From an uncultured virus (IMG/VR IMGVR_UViG_3300047195_000798) (lineage: Duplodnaviria > Heunggongvirae > Uroviricota > Caudoviricetes), in IMG/VR virus record IMGVR_UViG_3300047195_000798: a DNA stretch of 64,000 nucleotides; one strand, written 5' to 3'. A program made the translations under genes and the position numbers. Positions within the stretch are counted from its first letter, which is position 1; each line of letters starts with the position of its first letter. Under the pieces are notes generated by a model, which saw only the letters and a program-made list of their open reading frames with translations, was not told the origin of the DNA and made no database searches. Shown piece by piece: positions 1 to 8,468 of this stretch.

Positions 1-1
1 T

Positions 2-1144
2 GCATTTACAAACGGCATAAGCGTGACAATCCACGATGACAACACGAGCCAATCCATAAAGACAACGACGATCCAGGGGGCACAGCATGCCGGCTTCTAT
101 CAAGTGAATCTTGGCAACATGGCCACTCAATGGAATCGAGGGCACAGCATCAGTGTCTATGCAGAATATTGGAGCAATTCAATTCGATATTACGGTACAG
201 CGCACTTCAACATTCCCCGAGAAGGATATATTTATTTGTTGAATATGACAACAAATATGGTCGAATTCAACCCAGGTGGTGGTGGGGAGCATCTTCCGCC
301 GGCCCCATTGGGGAATCATATGCCTATCCTTTCCGACGGAAAGGTTTCTCCAGGCATGGGAGTTCTGAATGCGACATTCTGGTTCAATGTAACATATATC
401 GATGCGGACAATGAAAAGCCGCATATCATATCCGCTATCATAGATAGTGTGTCCCATAGCATGTCGTTCGTCTCATTTTTATCAGGGAATTACACGACAG
501 GCGCAAAATATTCATATCGCATGAACTTCCTCGTCGGGGGGGATCACACATATTGGTTTTATTGCAATGACGGATATGCAAACAGTTCAGATTATACGAC
601 TGCAACAGTGGGTCCTCATGTGATCTATGAGCCGATATTGTTCGGCTGGAGAGTATCTCCTTTGTCAGGAACTCCGGACACGAACTTCACGTACACAGTG
701 ACGTACACGGACCGGGATGGGAACGAGCCGATATATATCTATGTGAGCATAAACGGGCAGCACTATAATATGAGCAAAACGTCTGGTACTGTGAAGACGG
801 GTGAAACATTCGAATGCATCCTGAACCATCATCCGATGTCCCCGAGCATCTACGAGATCGTTGCATCCGATGGGTACTACCGGATTGCAACAAACAAGTA
901 CGATGGACCGCTCGTGATAAACGAATCGGAACCCGATATCATCGTGCCGCCAGACAATACCATATTAAAGGTTATCATAATCATACTGATAGCAATTATT
1001 GCCATTGTTACATTTGTCATTCTGAGAAGAAGGAAATTGAAAAAAAGGGAAAGAGAACAACCGGGGAAAGAACAACCTCGGCGAGTGGGGGTACAAGAAC
1101 TGAAAAGAAGACCGTCCATCATGGTGGTTAGAAAGGCAAAATAA
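2..1144 (+). CDS. Surface/membrane-anchored protein with two beta-sandwich-like repeats and a C-terminal TM helix (5' truncated by window)
   Basis: Frame is open to position 2. Internal repeat GKVSPGMG..ATFWFNVTYIDADNEKP / GWRVSPLSG..TNFTYTVTYTDRDGNEP. Hydrophobic VIIIILIAIIAIVTFVIL is followed by an RRRKLKK stop-transfer. Several N-x-S/T sequons. Confidence 0.75.
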   Translation, partial: AFTNGISVTIHDDNTSQSIKTTTIQGAQHAGFYQVNLGNMATQWNRGHSISVYAEYWSNSIRYYGTAHFNIPREGYIYLLNMTTNMVEFNPGGGGEHLPPAPLGNHMPILSDGKVSPGMGVLNATFWFNVTYIDADNEKPHIISAIIDSVSHSMSFVSFLSGNYTTGAKYSYRMNFLVGGDHTYWFYCNDGYANSSDYTTATVGPHVIYEPILFGWRVSPLSGTPDTNFTYTVTYTDRDGNEPIYIYVSINGQHYNMSKTSGTVKTGETFECILNHHPMSPSIYEIVASDGYYRIATNKYDGPLVINESEPDIIVPPDNTILKVIIIILIAIIAIVTFVILRRRKLKKREREQPGKEQPRRVGVQELKRRPSIMVVRKAK

Positions 1145-1896
1145 TGAAAAGAATCGCGCTGGCAATGTTATTTATGCTCGTACTCTTGGTCACGCCAGCG
1201 CAATCCGAAATCGTCAAGGATAACTTTCATCTGTATGCACCGATCGACATGTTCGAGAACACCGGCGGGATGCTGGTCATAAAACTCGTGAATAGGAACC
1301 TCGGGTCGCCGATGACAGGAATGGCGAATAACATCTCCTGTTACATAAAATATCCGGACGGAACGTTTCTTATAGATGGCACTCATCCGATCCAAGAAGT
1401 ACCGGGGATCTATCTTCTCTATTTTTCTGTTGGGGAAATAACAGGAATCTATCACTGCTGGACTACATGCAGCTACAACGCGAATCTCACGCTAATGGAT
1501 GCGGGACTGTTCACGGTGAAATGGGACGTTTATGAAAATGTGTCCCGTTTATATGAACGAATAGGTGGCATCATATATCTTGAACACTGGGAGAATTATA
1601 ACATGACTCAGCAGTTTGCCTATGCCTTGAGCCTGCAGGATATCAAACTCCAGAACATCTCACGGACGGTACAGAAGACGGACTTCTTCAGCAACCTGCA
1701 GCAGATAGCCATGAACCAGGCGATAGGTGTATTGTTCTGGACCGTAGCATTGACCGCATTCAGCATTCTCAGTGCGATACTGTACACGCGCAGAAGAAGC
1801 AGACGAAAGCAGCTGGAAGCACTTGCTGCAAGCACAAGCGTTCCGCAAGCATTCGTCGGCGGATTGGCAGGCAATTTAAGAAGGAGGAAACTGTGA
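1144..1896 (+). CDS. Secreted, C-terminally membrane-anchored protein, paralog 1 of 3
   Basis: Signal peptide MKRIALAMLFMLVLLVTPAQS, C-terminal TM plus basic tail, aligns with the next two ORFs. Confidence 0.8.
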   Translation: MKRIALAMLFMLVLLVTPAQSEIVKDNFHLYAPIDMFENTGGMLVIKLVNRNLGSPMTGMANNISCYIKYPDGTFLIDGTHPIQEVPGIYLLYFSVGEITGIYHCWTTCSYNANLTLMDAGLFTVKWDVYENVSRLYERIGGIIYLEHWENYNMTQQFAYALSLQDIKLQNISRTVQKTDFFSNLQQIAMNQAIGVLFWTVALTAFSILSAILYTRRRSRRKQLEALAASTSVPQAFVGGLAGNLRRRKL

Positions 1897-2543
1897 GGGG
1901 GGCGTTCGCTATTTTGTTATTGATGATCATCATAATAGTTCCCAGCGTGCAACCCATGGAGGTTCGTTTGCACACCCCGATGAACGTGCAAGAGAACAGC
2001 AACGGATATCTTCTCATTGAAGTGACAAATGAGACGGGCTCCCCGCTGACTGGGAAAGCAAACAACGTTTCCTGTTACATACAATGCCCAGATGGGACAA
2101 TGCTCGTGAACGGAGCACATCCCACAGAGGACATCCAGCCAGGTGCCTATTATCTTGAATTCAGAGGCGCCATTGCAGGATGTTATCCATGCTGGATCTA
2201 CAGCAACGATTCGATGGACGCGGGCCTGTTCCAAGTGAACTCAGATGTCACGGACAATGCCACTCGATCGCTGTCCGAATGGATCGGAGCGGAATACGAT
2301 GCCGGACGAAACGACCGCTATGCCACACAGCAGCAGATGTCGTTCCTGATCACCATACAAAAGGCAAAGGCCCAGAATGTAACCTTCAAGACAGAGAAGC
2401 GCAGCTTCTTGGGGCTGTTGCAAGACGTAGCGATAGGGCAATCCTTTCAGGTATTATTCTGGACGATACTCATGTCGGTAATGGGCATAGTCAGCATGCT
2501 CATAGCGACAAGGCATCGGGTGAGAAAGGTGGTCATCATATGA
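1893..2543 (+). CDS. Secreted, C-terminally membrane-anchored protein, paralog 2 of 3
   Basis: GSPLTGKANNVSCYIQCPDGT vs GSPMTGMANNISCYIKYPDGT in paralog 1, shared DAGLF motif, GTGA overlap. Confidence 0.8.
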   Translation: MRGAFAILLLMIIIIVPSVQPMEVRLHTPMNVQENSNGYLLIEVTNETGSPLTGKANNVSCYIQCPDGTMLVNGAHPTEDIQPGAYYLEFRGAIAGCYPCWIYSNDSMDAGLFQVNSDVTDNATRSLSEWIGAEYDAGRNDRYATQQQMSFLITIQKAKAQNVTFKTEKRSFLGLLQDVAIGQSFQVLFWTILMSVMGIVSMLIATRHRVRKVVII

Positions 2544-3208
2544 AGATTCATATGATTCTTGTTCTTATTCTATTGTCTTCTCCAATGGTGCTTGCAGACG
2601 TCCAGGGCAATGGTCGTTTGAAGATAATCGCACCAGGGGGCGTCTATGTGAACGAGAATGCAAGCCTGATGATCCAGCTGCTGGATGGGGATTCAAATTT
2701 CTTGCCGGGTATGGAAAACAGCATCAATATCACGATCAGACGGAACCTGACCTACCTTGTTCACGATGCCCATCCACACGAATTGAATTTAGGACAAGCA
2801 ATCTATGAATACAACTTCACAGCGCATCAGGTCGGAGAATATACCGTCTATGTTTCATATCAGGGACTTGTAGATATGACCGTGTTCCTTTCGAAGTTCG
2901 ATGTACCAGACAACCTGACGGAGCAGCAGGCAAGGATAGAACGGACGCTTTGGGTGGAACACGATGAGCGAGAGGGCATGCTGAGGCAGACTGTATACCA
3001 GATAGCATCACTGGGCGACACCTATCAGAATCTGACGACGAGGCAGGAAGAATTCTCTGTAGCGGTGGCACTGAACGATGAAATACAAAACAGTGCGATG
3101 CAGCTCCTGTTCTATTGCTTGCTGTTCGGTGCAATCCTCACTATATCATCGATTGCATATACGAGGCCGAAGACGGTCTTGGTGAAGAGAAAAGCTTTCA
3201 AAAAATAA
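2540..3208 (+). CDS. Secreted, C-terminally membrane-anchored protein, paralog 3 of 3
   Basis: ATGA overlap at 2540 gives signal peptide MKIHMILVLILLSSPMVLA (ORF-track start 2180 is an over-extension). Shares the HP and DV.DN.T motifs and a C-terminal TM. Confidence 0.75.
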   Translation: MKIHMILVLILLSSPMVLADVQGNGRLKIIAPGGVYVNENASLMIQLLDGDSNFLPGMENSINITIRRNLTYLVHDAHPHELNLGQAIYEYNFTAHQVGEYTVYVSYQGLVDMTVFLSKFDVPDNLTEQQARIERTLWVEHDEREGMLRQTVYQIASLGDTYQNLTTRQEEFSVAVALNDEIQNSAMQLLFYCLLFGAILTISSIAYTRPKTVLVKRKAFKK

Positions 3209-3328
3209 CAAAAACTTTATGTAAGACGAGCGCATACTTAGACTGTTTAGCCGAGAGGGATTTAGTGAGGAAAGAGGCATTTAAACAAAAAAACAACTAC
3301 CAGCCCAACTCTGTTTGAGATAAAAAGC

Positions 3329-3366
3329 AGTGTTGAGCGGTGGAAGGATTTTAACCCCTCAACACT
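3329..3366. terminator. Hairpin, possible bidirectional terminator
   Basis: 9-bp perfect stem AGTGTTGAG (3329-3337) / CTCAACACT (3358-3366), A-tract on the left and T-rich tract on the right, located between convergent ORFs. Confidence 0.5.
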
Positions 3367-3575
3367 TCTCTTTTGCTAGCATATATATATTTATAAAAGC
3401 CCTTTATAAAGATTTTGGAAACAATTTAAATACACCTGCACTTCACATTAGAATGTTAGCAAGTATCAGCGCAGTGCTGACGACTACGAATATCGCTAAA
3501 AACAGTCTCGTTTTATCGCCCATGAGAAACGTAAATGTAAATATGCTTAAAGTGCGTTTTGGTACAAAATTCTGA

Positions 3576-3692
3576 TTATTCGTCCAATGCAAAAAGCAGC
3601 CCCTGCTTCATAGGTTTCTTTTGGTTTCCCGGCATATTCCTTTTGAGTATTTCTTCATAGTTCTGTGGAGTGTGTTTCTTTCTTTGAATCAT
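3576..3692 (-). CDS. Small 38-aa basic peptide MIQRKKHTPQNYEEILKRNMPGNQKKPMKQGLLFALDE
   Basis: AGGTGA RBS 5 nt before ATG on the minus strand, below the ORF-track size cutoff. Confidence 0.4.
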   Translation of the reverse strand: MIQRKKHTPQNYEEILKRNMPGNQKKPMKQGLLFALDE

Positions 3693-3716
3693 AGTTTTCA
3701 CCTAATTTAAGGGATG

Positions 3717-4033
3717 GGATGGAAGGCAGAAGGTTTGTTGGATGATCTCAATAGCACTCTCAAAATTAAAACATCCCTGCCTGTGCCATCCAAAGTTATA
3801 GAATGCTACAAAGTTTAAAAGCTTTGTGTTTTCTTCTGTTCAACAGGAGAAAATAAACGCTTGAAAATTTGAAAACATATATAACGAACAAAACCATATC
3901 AAATCGTCCCGGTCGGTGAGGGGTCGGTGAGTGAGGGATTGAGAGTGATTGGGACAATTGTAACAGGAGGGTTTTAATCTGGTTGCTCCTGTTGTGTCAG
4001 GTTCATCTAAATCTACTTCCGTTGTGTCAGGTT
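3717..4033. promoter_or_regulatory. Divergent promoter / possible origin region with clustered inverted and direct repeats
   Basis: Imperfect hairpin 3717-3791; ACAAAG-TTTAAAAG-CTTTGT 3808-3827; TTCTTCTGTT-C-AACAGGAGAA 3831-3851; GGTCGGTGAG x2 (3911, 3922); AACAGGAG/CTCCTGTT 3962-3993; GTTGTGTCAGGTT x2 (3991, 4021). Confidence 0.45.
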
Positions 4034-5205
4034 TTAAAAAAAATAAACCTGACGCAGATACTGCTAGAACGATAGTCTTGTCTCAAAAAAAATATCAAAT
4101 TTACTACTTTCTAATCAAAGAAAAAATGTGTCAAGAACAAGTCGCAGAAAAATTAAAAATAAGGAGGCAGACAGTAAACGAACATGTGAAGGCACTTGAG
4201 ATTCTTGGGCTCGTAAAAGCAATCGATCCAGATGGAAATCCAAAATTTTACAAGCCGACATATGTCACTCCTGTAACTACTTGGCAGTCAGGTAAATCAT
4301 CCACCTCTGTCATTTCGAGGTCTGCGAAAGAAATCGGACGGCGGGTAGGTAAACCTCTTAAAACGGTGAGAGACCACAAAACCGGTCAATTTAAGGGAAA
4401 AAGAGAAGGCCCGCGTAGGGAGTTTCACCGAGACTATGATACCATCATTTCAGTCGACGGAAAAAGAGTTCCTGTATTGCGATTACACAGTCTGGCCTAT
4501 TCATGTAATATTGTTCGGGAGCCAGTTGAAAAGGTTCCATGGGAAAAAAAAGATGGGCCGAATGGGATGGAACAATGGGTTCTGCATCATAAGTTCCCAA
4601 ACAAGAAATCAGAGATTGATGCACTGAGAGAAATGGAAATAACATTCGTCCGTCAGAAAACACAGACATACGACGAGCTGGTCATGTATCTCCCGGAAAA
4701 ATATCTTTTTGAACATGAGTTGAAGAAGGCAGAAGCGGTAATGGATCAATATGCCTTGATTGCAAGAAAATGGTTCCAGAATAAGTTCAAGACTTGGCTA
4801 GGATTACCACTGATGTATAGGCCGATGGAAATAGCTCATGAGATATTTGAACCGGGTTTGAAGCAGTATGTGTCGGAAAATGGGATGGTGAAGGTGAAGA
4901 CGGAGGGTGGCTATGCGATGGTCGACGAATCACAGAAAGGCTTCCCTGAGAAGGAATTCACATCGATTGATGAGGTCGAAGTGGATCTGCATGCAGCAGA
5001 ACGGATACTTTCCCTGGAAGCACAGCAGATACAGTTCCAACAGCAGGTGAGAACGATAATGGATATGATGGGAACGCAGCAGGCTCAGTATAAGCAGATA
5101 GGTGACCTGTTGTCAAAGCAGGCCGAGAACATTTCAGAACTGATGGGTTTCAAGAAGAAGATAGATGCGCAAAAAGAAAAAGAAAATAAGGAGATGTATC
5201 AGTAG
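3994..5205 (+). CDS. N-terminal winged-HTH protein with C-terminal coiled coil, possible replication initiator or regulator
   Basis: MCQEQVAEKLKIRRQTVNEHVKALEILGLVK is a wHTH pattern. Central RLHSL and VDES.KG.PE.E motifs. Heptad-like C-terminus. Confidence 0.65.
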   Translation: MSGSSKSTSVVSGFKKNKPDADTARTIVLSQKKYQIYYFLIKEKMCQEQVAEKLKIRRQTVNEHVKALEILGLVKAIDPDGNPKFYKPTYVTPVTTWQSGKSSTSVISRSAKEIGRRVGKPLKTVRDHKTGQFKGKREGPRREFHRDYDTIISVDGKRVPVLRLHSLAYSCNIVREPVEKVPWEKKDGPNGMEQWVLHHKFPNKKSEIDALREMEITFVRQKTQTYDELVMYLPEKYLFEHELKKAEAVMDQYALIARKWFQNKFKTWLGLPLMYRPMEIAHEIFEPGLKQYVSENGMVKVKTEGGYAMVDESQKGFPEKEFTSIDEVEVDLHAAERILSLEAQQIQFQQQVRTIMDMMGTQQAQYKQIGDLLSKQAENISELMGFKKKIDAQKEKENKEMYQ

Positions 5206-5213
5206 GTGTTTTT

Positions 5214-5405
5214 ATGTTGAGTGTAGGGGGTGGAAAGCCAAGTTTAAATGAACATCTCGTATGCGCACTCTGCGGAAAATACATCTGCAGATCAGAGGAG
5301 GGCTTTGGGCTGATGGTGATACATTACAGATTCAAGCATTTTGGAATAACATTGAAAGAAGAGTCGAAAAGAAAAAGTATGAATAACATAAAAGGGTATC
5401 CCTAA
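5214..5405 (+). CDS. Small C2H2-type zinc-finger protein
   Basis: CALC...HYRFKH. Confidence 0.5.
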   Translation: MLSVGGGKPSLNEHLVCALCGKYICRSEEGFGLMVIHYRFKHFGITLKEESKRKSMNNIKGYP

Positions 5406-5871
5406 CGAGAGTGATGCAAAAATGCCAATGCCAATTGGAGTGAAACTGTGCCAGGGGTGTAGAAAGATGTTTCCGAAAAAAGAAGTAAGATTTTATCCAA
5501 AGGCACAGATGAAATTATGTAGAGGTTGTATTGACGGGCGGGGGGCCGAAAAATGACAAAGAGAAGAAGCAAGGTGTACCAAATCTGTTCACGGACTGTA
5601 GCAGTTGTAAAGGAAGAGACGAAACCGATGGTGAACTTCTGCATTGCTGCAGCACGGGTTCCGGCAGAAGTCCTTGGTGAAAAGAAAAAAAGAAAAGGAG
5701 CGAGATAAAAATGGTTAATAAATGTGAATGTCCGGATTCAGCAGCAAGTCATGAACCGAATAAATGTAAAAACACAAACACGAGAAAATACAAGCGCTTT
5801 GAGGTGGTAATCTGGCTCTGTCGTAGTTGTATTCAGCCCGGTGATGAAGAGTGCGACTGAGGTGGAGCTAT

Positions 5872-6450
5872 ATGCAAAAAACAAAGATGGCGTTTGTCCT
5901 TATGGTTCTTTTGATTGGAGTGGTTGCCTGTTCCGGGTGCTTTGAGAAAGAAACAGATTTTGTTGAAGTTACAGGGATCGTTAGAGAGTATATGCGGGGG
6001 CCTAGATATAATTGGGAATCAGAAAATTTCATATGGTTGAGAATAGATGGAGCCGTGGACGGATGGTATCTTGTTCAGAATCTGCCGATGTCAGAACGGT
6101 ATGGGTTTGGTGGTGGGGTCACATATACGCCGGAGATGTTTGCGATGGCTCTCATTGGAATGAACATTACTTTTTCGTTCATTCATCATCCAGACTCGGT
6201 TGTTGACAGTTGGGGAACGGAAGTGGCGAAGGAATATTATACCTTCGTGGGGATTCACGCTGATGTGCCGATAAAAATGTCATTGGGTCTGAGCAATCTG
6301 AGCAACAACACTAAGAGCAATGAAACAAAAGTAACCGTTCTGACAAAAGAGCAGCAATCGATATTGGATTTCAATGGCTGGCTCAAATCAAAATTTGTAA
6401 TAAGATACAAGATATGGATGAAAATGTATTTGGCGGGCGTTGGGCGTTGA
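5872..6450 (+). CDS. Archaeal lipoprotein
   Basis: Signal peptide with lipobox-like VACSGC, GAGGTG RBS upstream of ATG 5872. Confidence 0.65.
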   Translation: MQKTKMAFVLMVLLIGVVACSGCFEKETDFVEVTGIVREYMRGPRYNWESENFIWLRIDGAVDGWYLVQNLPMSERYGFGGGVTYTPEMFAMALIGMNITFSFIHHPDSVVDSWGTEVAKEYYTFVGIHADVPIKMSLGLSNLSNNTKSNETKVTVLTKEQQSILDFNGWLKSKFVIRYKIWMKMYLAGVGR

Positions 6451-6780
6451 TTGATTATGGGGCTGGAAAAAGAGATCGAAGAACTGAAAAAGACCATCGA
6501 AGGATTTTGGACGGCCGTCACAGATCTGAAAAAATCCATCGACGAGATGCAGAAGGGGGAGCTGATGTTCGCAGATGCAACAAAAGAGGCACTGGAAGCA
6601 TCTTTGGCGGTTCAAGAAAGAATATCGAAGGACGCAGTGAACAATGCAATATCAATAACGAATCTGTCGATAAGCGTAGCGAGATTGGAGACGCTGTCAA
6701 ACCGACTGATTATGAAACCAGAAGCTTTGGAAAAGAAATTGGTTGAACAGGCTGCAGAAGATCAAAAGATGTATGGCTAA
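6451..6780 (+). CDS. Coiled-coil hypothetical protein
   Basis: Heptad pattern LEKEIEELKKTIE, ends KMYG. Confidence 0.6.
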   Translation: MIMGLEKEIEELKKTIEGFWTAVTDLKKSIDEMQKGELMFADATKEALEASLAVQERISKDAVNNAISITNLSISVARLETLSNRLIMKPEALEKKLVEQAAEDQKMYG

Positions 6781-7079
6781 AATGTTATTTCTGAAATGGT
6801 TTACAGGTGATTGAATGAAAGAAGAAATCTGTTTTCATCCAAGTCTACAAAAGAAAAATTATCGTGGAACCCGAGTACCCATTCCTGCAAGTGAAATAAA
6901 CCATAATAAAGATTGCAACCTCTTTGAAAATGGAACTTGGTTAGATAGATTACTCGTAAGGTGATTTAAAATGATTAGTATGCAAATTGGAATAATTGCA
7001 GTTACAATAGTAGGAATATTTGCAGTAGCAGTTTTCTTATATATAGTCATATCTGATTCATTAACTGCAACAAGTGACG

Positions 7080-7428
7080 GGATGGATTGAAATGAAGAAA
7101 GTTATAATTGATAAAGATGGTGGAGTATCTGGAATTAAAGTATTAACTGAAAAAGAGTTTGCTTCTAATGTAACTGAATTAAAGAAGGCGTGGAAAGATA
7201 GACCACGACTAAAGTTTGGATGCCGACATAGTATAACCGCTGACTGGAATTTTCCAGTATACATAAAAGCGAAAGTTCAACATAAATATGGTGTAACTGA
7301 AGACTGGGCTGTAGCTACATTTTTTCATGACCCTCTATCTCAATTCTTACACGCTGAAAGATGTTTGAAATGTGGTGGATATATCCTATATTGGTGTGAT
7401 AAAGCAGATTAGGATGGATTGAAATGAA
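7080..7428 (+). repeat. 17-bp perfect direct repeat GGATGGATTGAAATGAA flanking an AT-rich gene
   Basis: Copies at 7080-7096 and 7412-7428. Confidence 0.85.
7092..7412 (+). CDS. Hypothetical protein with Cys motifs
   Basis: ATG lies inside the first direct repeat; GCRH ... CLKCG. Confidence 0.6.
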   Translation: MKKVIIDKDGGVSGIKVLTEKEFASNVTELKKAWKDRPRLKFGCRHSITADWNFPVYIKAKVQHKYGVTEDWAVATFFHDPLSQFLHAERCLKCGGYILYWCDKAD

Positions 7429-7431
7429 ACT

Positions 7432-7806
7432 ATGAACGAAAAGAAAGAGCCGCTGGAAATAGGGGACCTCGTAGTTCTGGAAGACAATTCGACCGTCTTC
7501 GGTCCTATGAGTGTGGATGAAGGTTCAACGGGGATGGTCAGGAACGTCTATTATGAATATGAAAGTTATCTGAATAAAAGATATGAGAAGATAGCCGTCG
7601 AATGGCTGACCGGCAATATGAAAGGGACGACAGACGAGCATCTGTTCGCAAACAGATTCAAAAAAGTGTCGAGACCGAGTTTGGATTTATTGCCGAGATA
7701 TGCACACTTAGAAGGAAAGATAGACTCTGTCCAACGGAATAGTTTGAGCCGGATTTGGATGCGATTAAGAGGATGGATGTCTTCAAACCGAGATATGCGC
7801 ATTTGA
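7432..7806 (+). CDS. Hypothetical protein, SH3/KOW-like beta N-terminus
   Basis: LEIGDLVVL...GSTGMV...IAVEW pattern. Confidence 0.5.
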   Translation: MNEKKEPLEIGDLVVLEDNSTVFGPMSVDEGSTGMVRNVYYEYESYLNKRYEKIAVEWLTGNMKGTTDEHLFANRFKKVSRPSLDLLPRYAHLEGKIDSVQRNSLSRIWMRLRGWMSSNRDMRI

Positions 7807-7995
7807 AGGAGAAAAACGATGGAAGATAAACTTTATCCAAGAAGCGTATTTGAGCAAGATTTGCAGATCGTCCGAGATTTAGATATCACCATGGATCTGA
7901 AAATAGAAAAGGGAGAAGCGCACATCTTTTCTATCATCAGAACGACGAGTGGATGATCGACCATCTCAGCATCGCAGATCATCGTGAGAACATAA

Positions 7996-8400
7996 TTGGT
8001 GTTCATCTCAATGATAAAAAACTTTCTTAAAGGATTCTTTAGTCTCGTGTTCATAAGCCTGGCAACAACTGGCCTGATTTATCCTGCCACGGTATTCGTG
8101 CATGAGGGGACTCATTACATAATGTATACGATGGAAGGCATCACTGTGACATCTATCCATGTGCTAGACGGAGCATCGCTGGAAAAAGGGTACCACGGAT
8201 TCGTGACTCCTTTAAAGGAGTCAAGATATGGCGGTGCATTTCAGGAGATAATCGCATATTCTGTCGAATTTTTCTTTATGGGAACAATGGTAATTCTCTG
8301 TCTCGTCACGGTGTTCAAACGATTCACGATTCGCCAGATGGAACTGATGAGTGTGAAGAAAGAAGAGAAGATGCACATGATCGTTAGACATAAACCCTAA
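7996..8400 (+). CDS. Small membrane protein with HExxH motif (metallopeptidase-like)
   Basis: FVHEGTH next to a TM helix, two hydrophobic segments. Confidence 0.55.
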   Translation: MVFISMIKNFLKGFFSLVFISLATTGLIYPATVFVHEGTHYIMYTMEGITVTSIHVLDGASLEKGYHGFVTPLKESRYGGAFQEIIAYSVEFFFMGTMVILCLVTVFKRFTIRQMELMSVKKEEKMHMIVRHKP

Positions 8401-8468
8401 AGAAGGAAATCTAAATGTTTATCAACATAAGCCGGATTACGGAAAGAGGTTCGTATTGAGGTGGAAAA

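Noticed and set aside
2180..2539. N-terminal 120 aa of the ORF-track 342-aa protein
   Set aside because: It overlaps paralog 2 entirely. The signal peptide and ATGA coupling place the start at 2540.
3329..3366. tRNA gene (GGTTAAAATCC on the minus strand resembles a T-loop)
   Set aside because: No D arm or anticodon arm, too short, and the loop lacks the TTC consensus.
7735..7830. TAG stop-codon reassignment suggested by an in-frame TAG before the second PRYAHL copy
   Set aside because: TAG ends conserved genes at the expected position (e.g. the 26650 methyltransferase matches the ends of its paralogs), and long genes are not interrupted by TAG.
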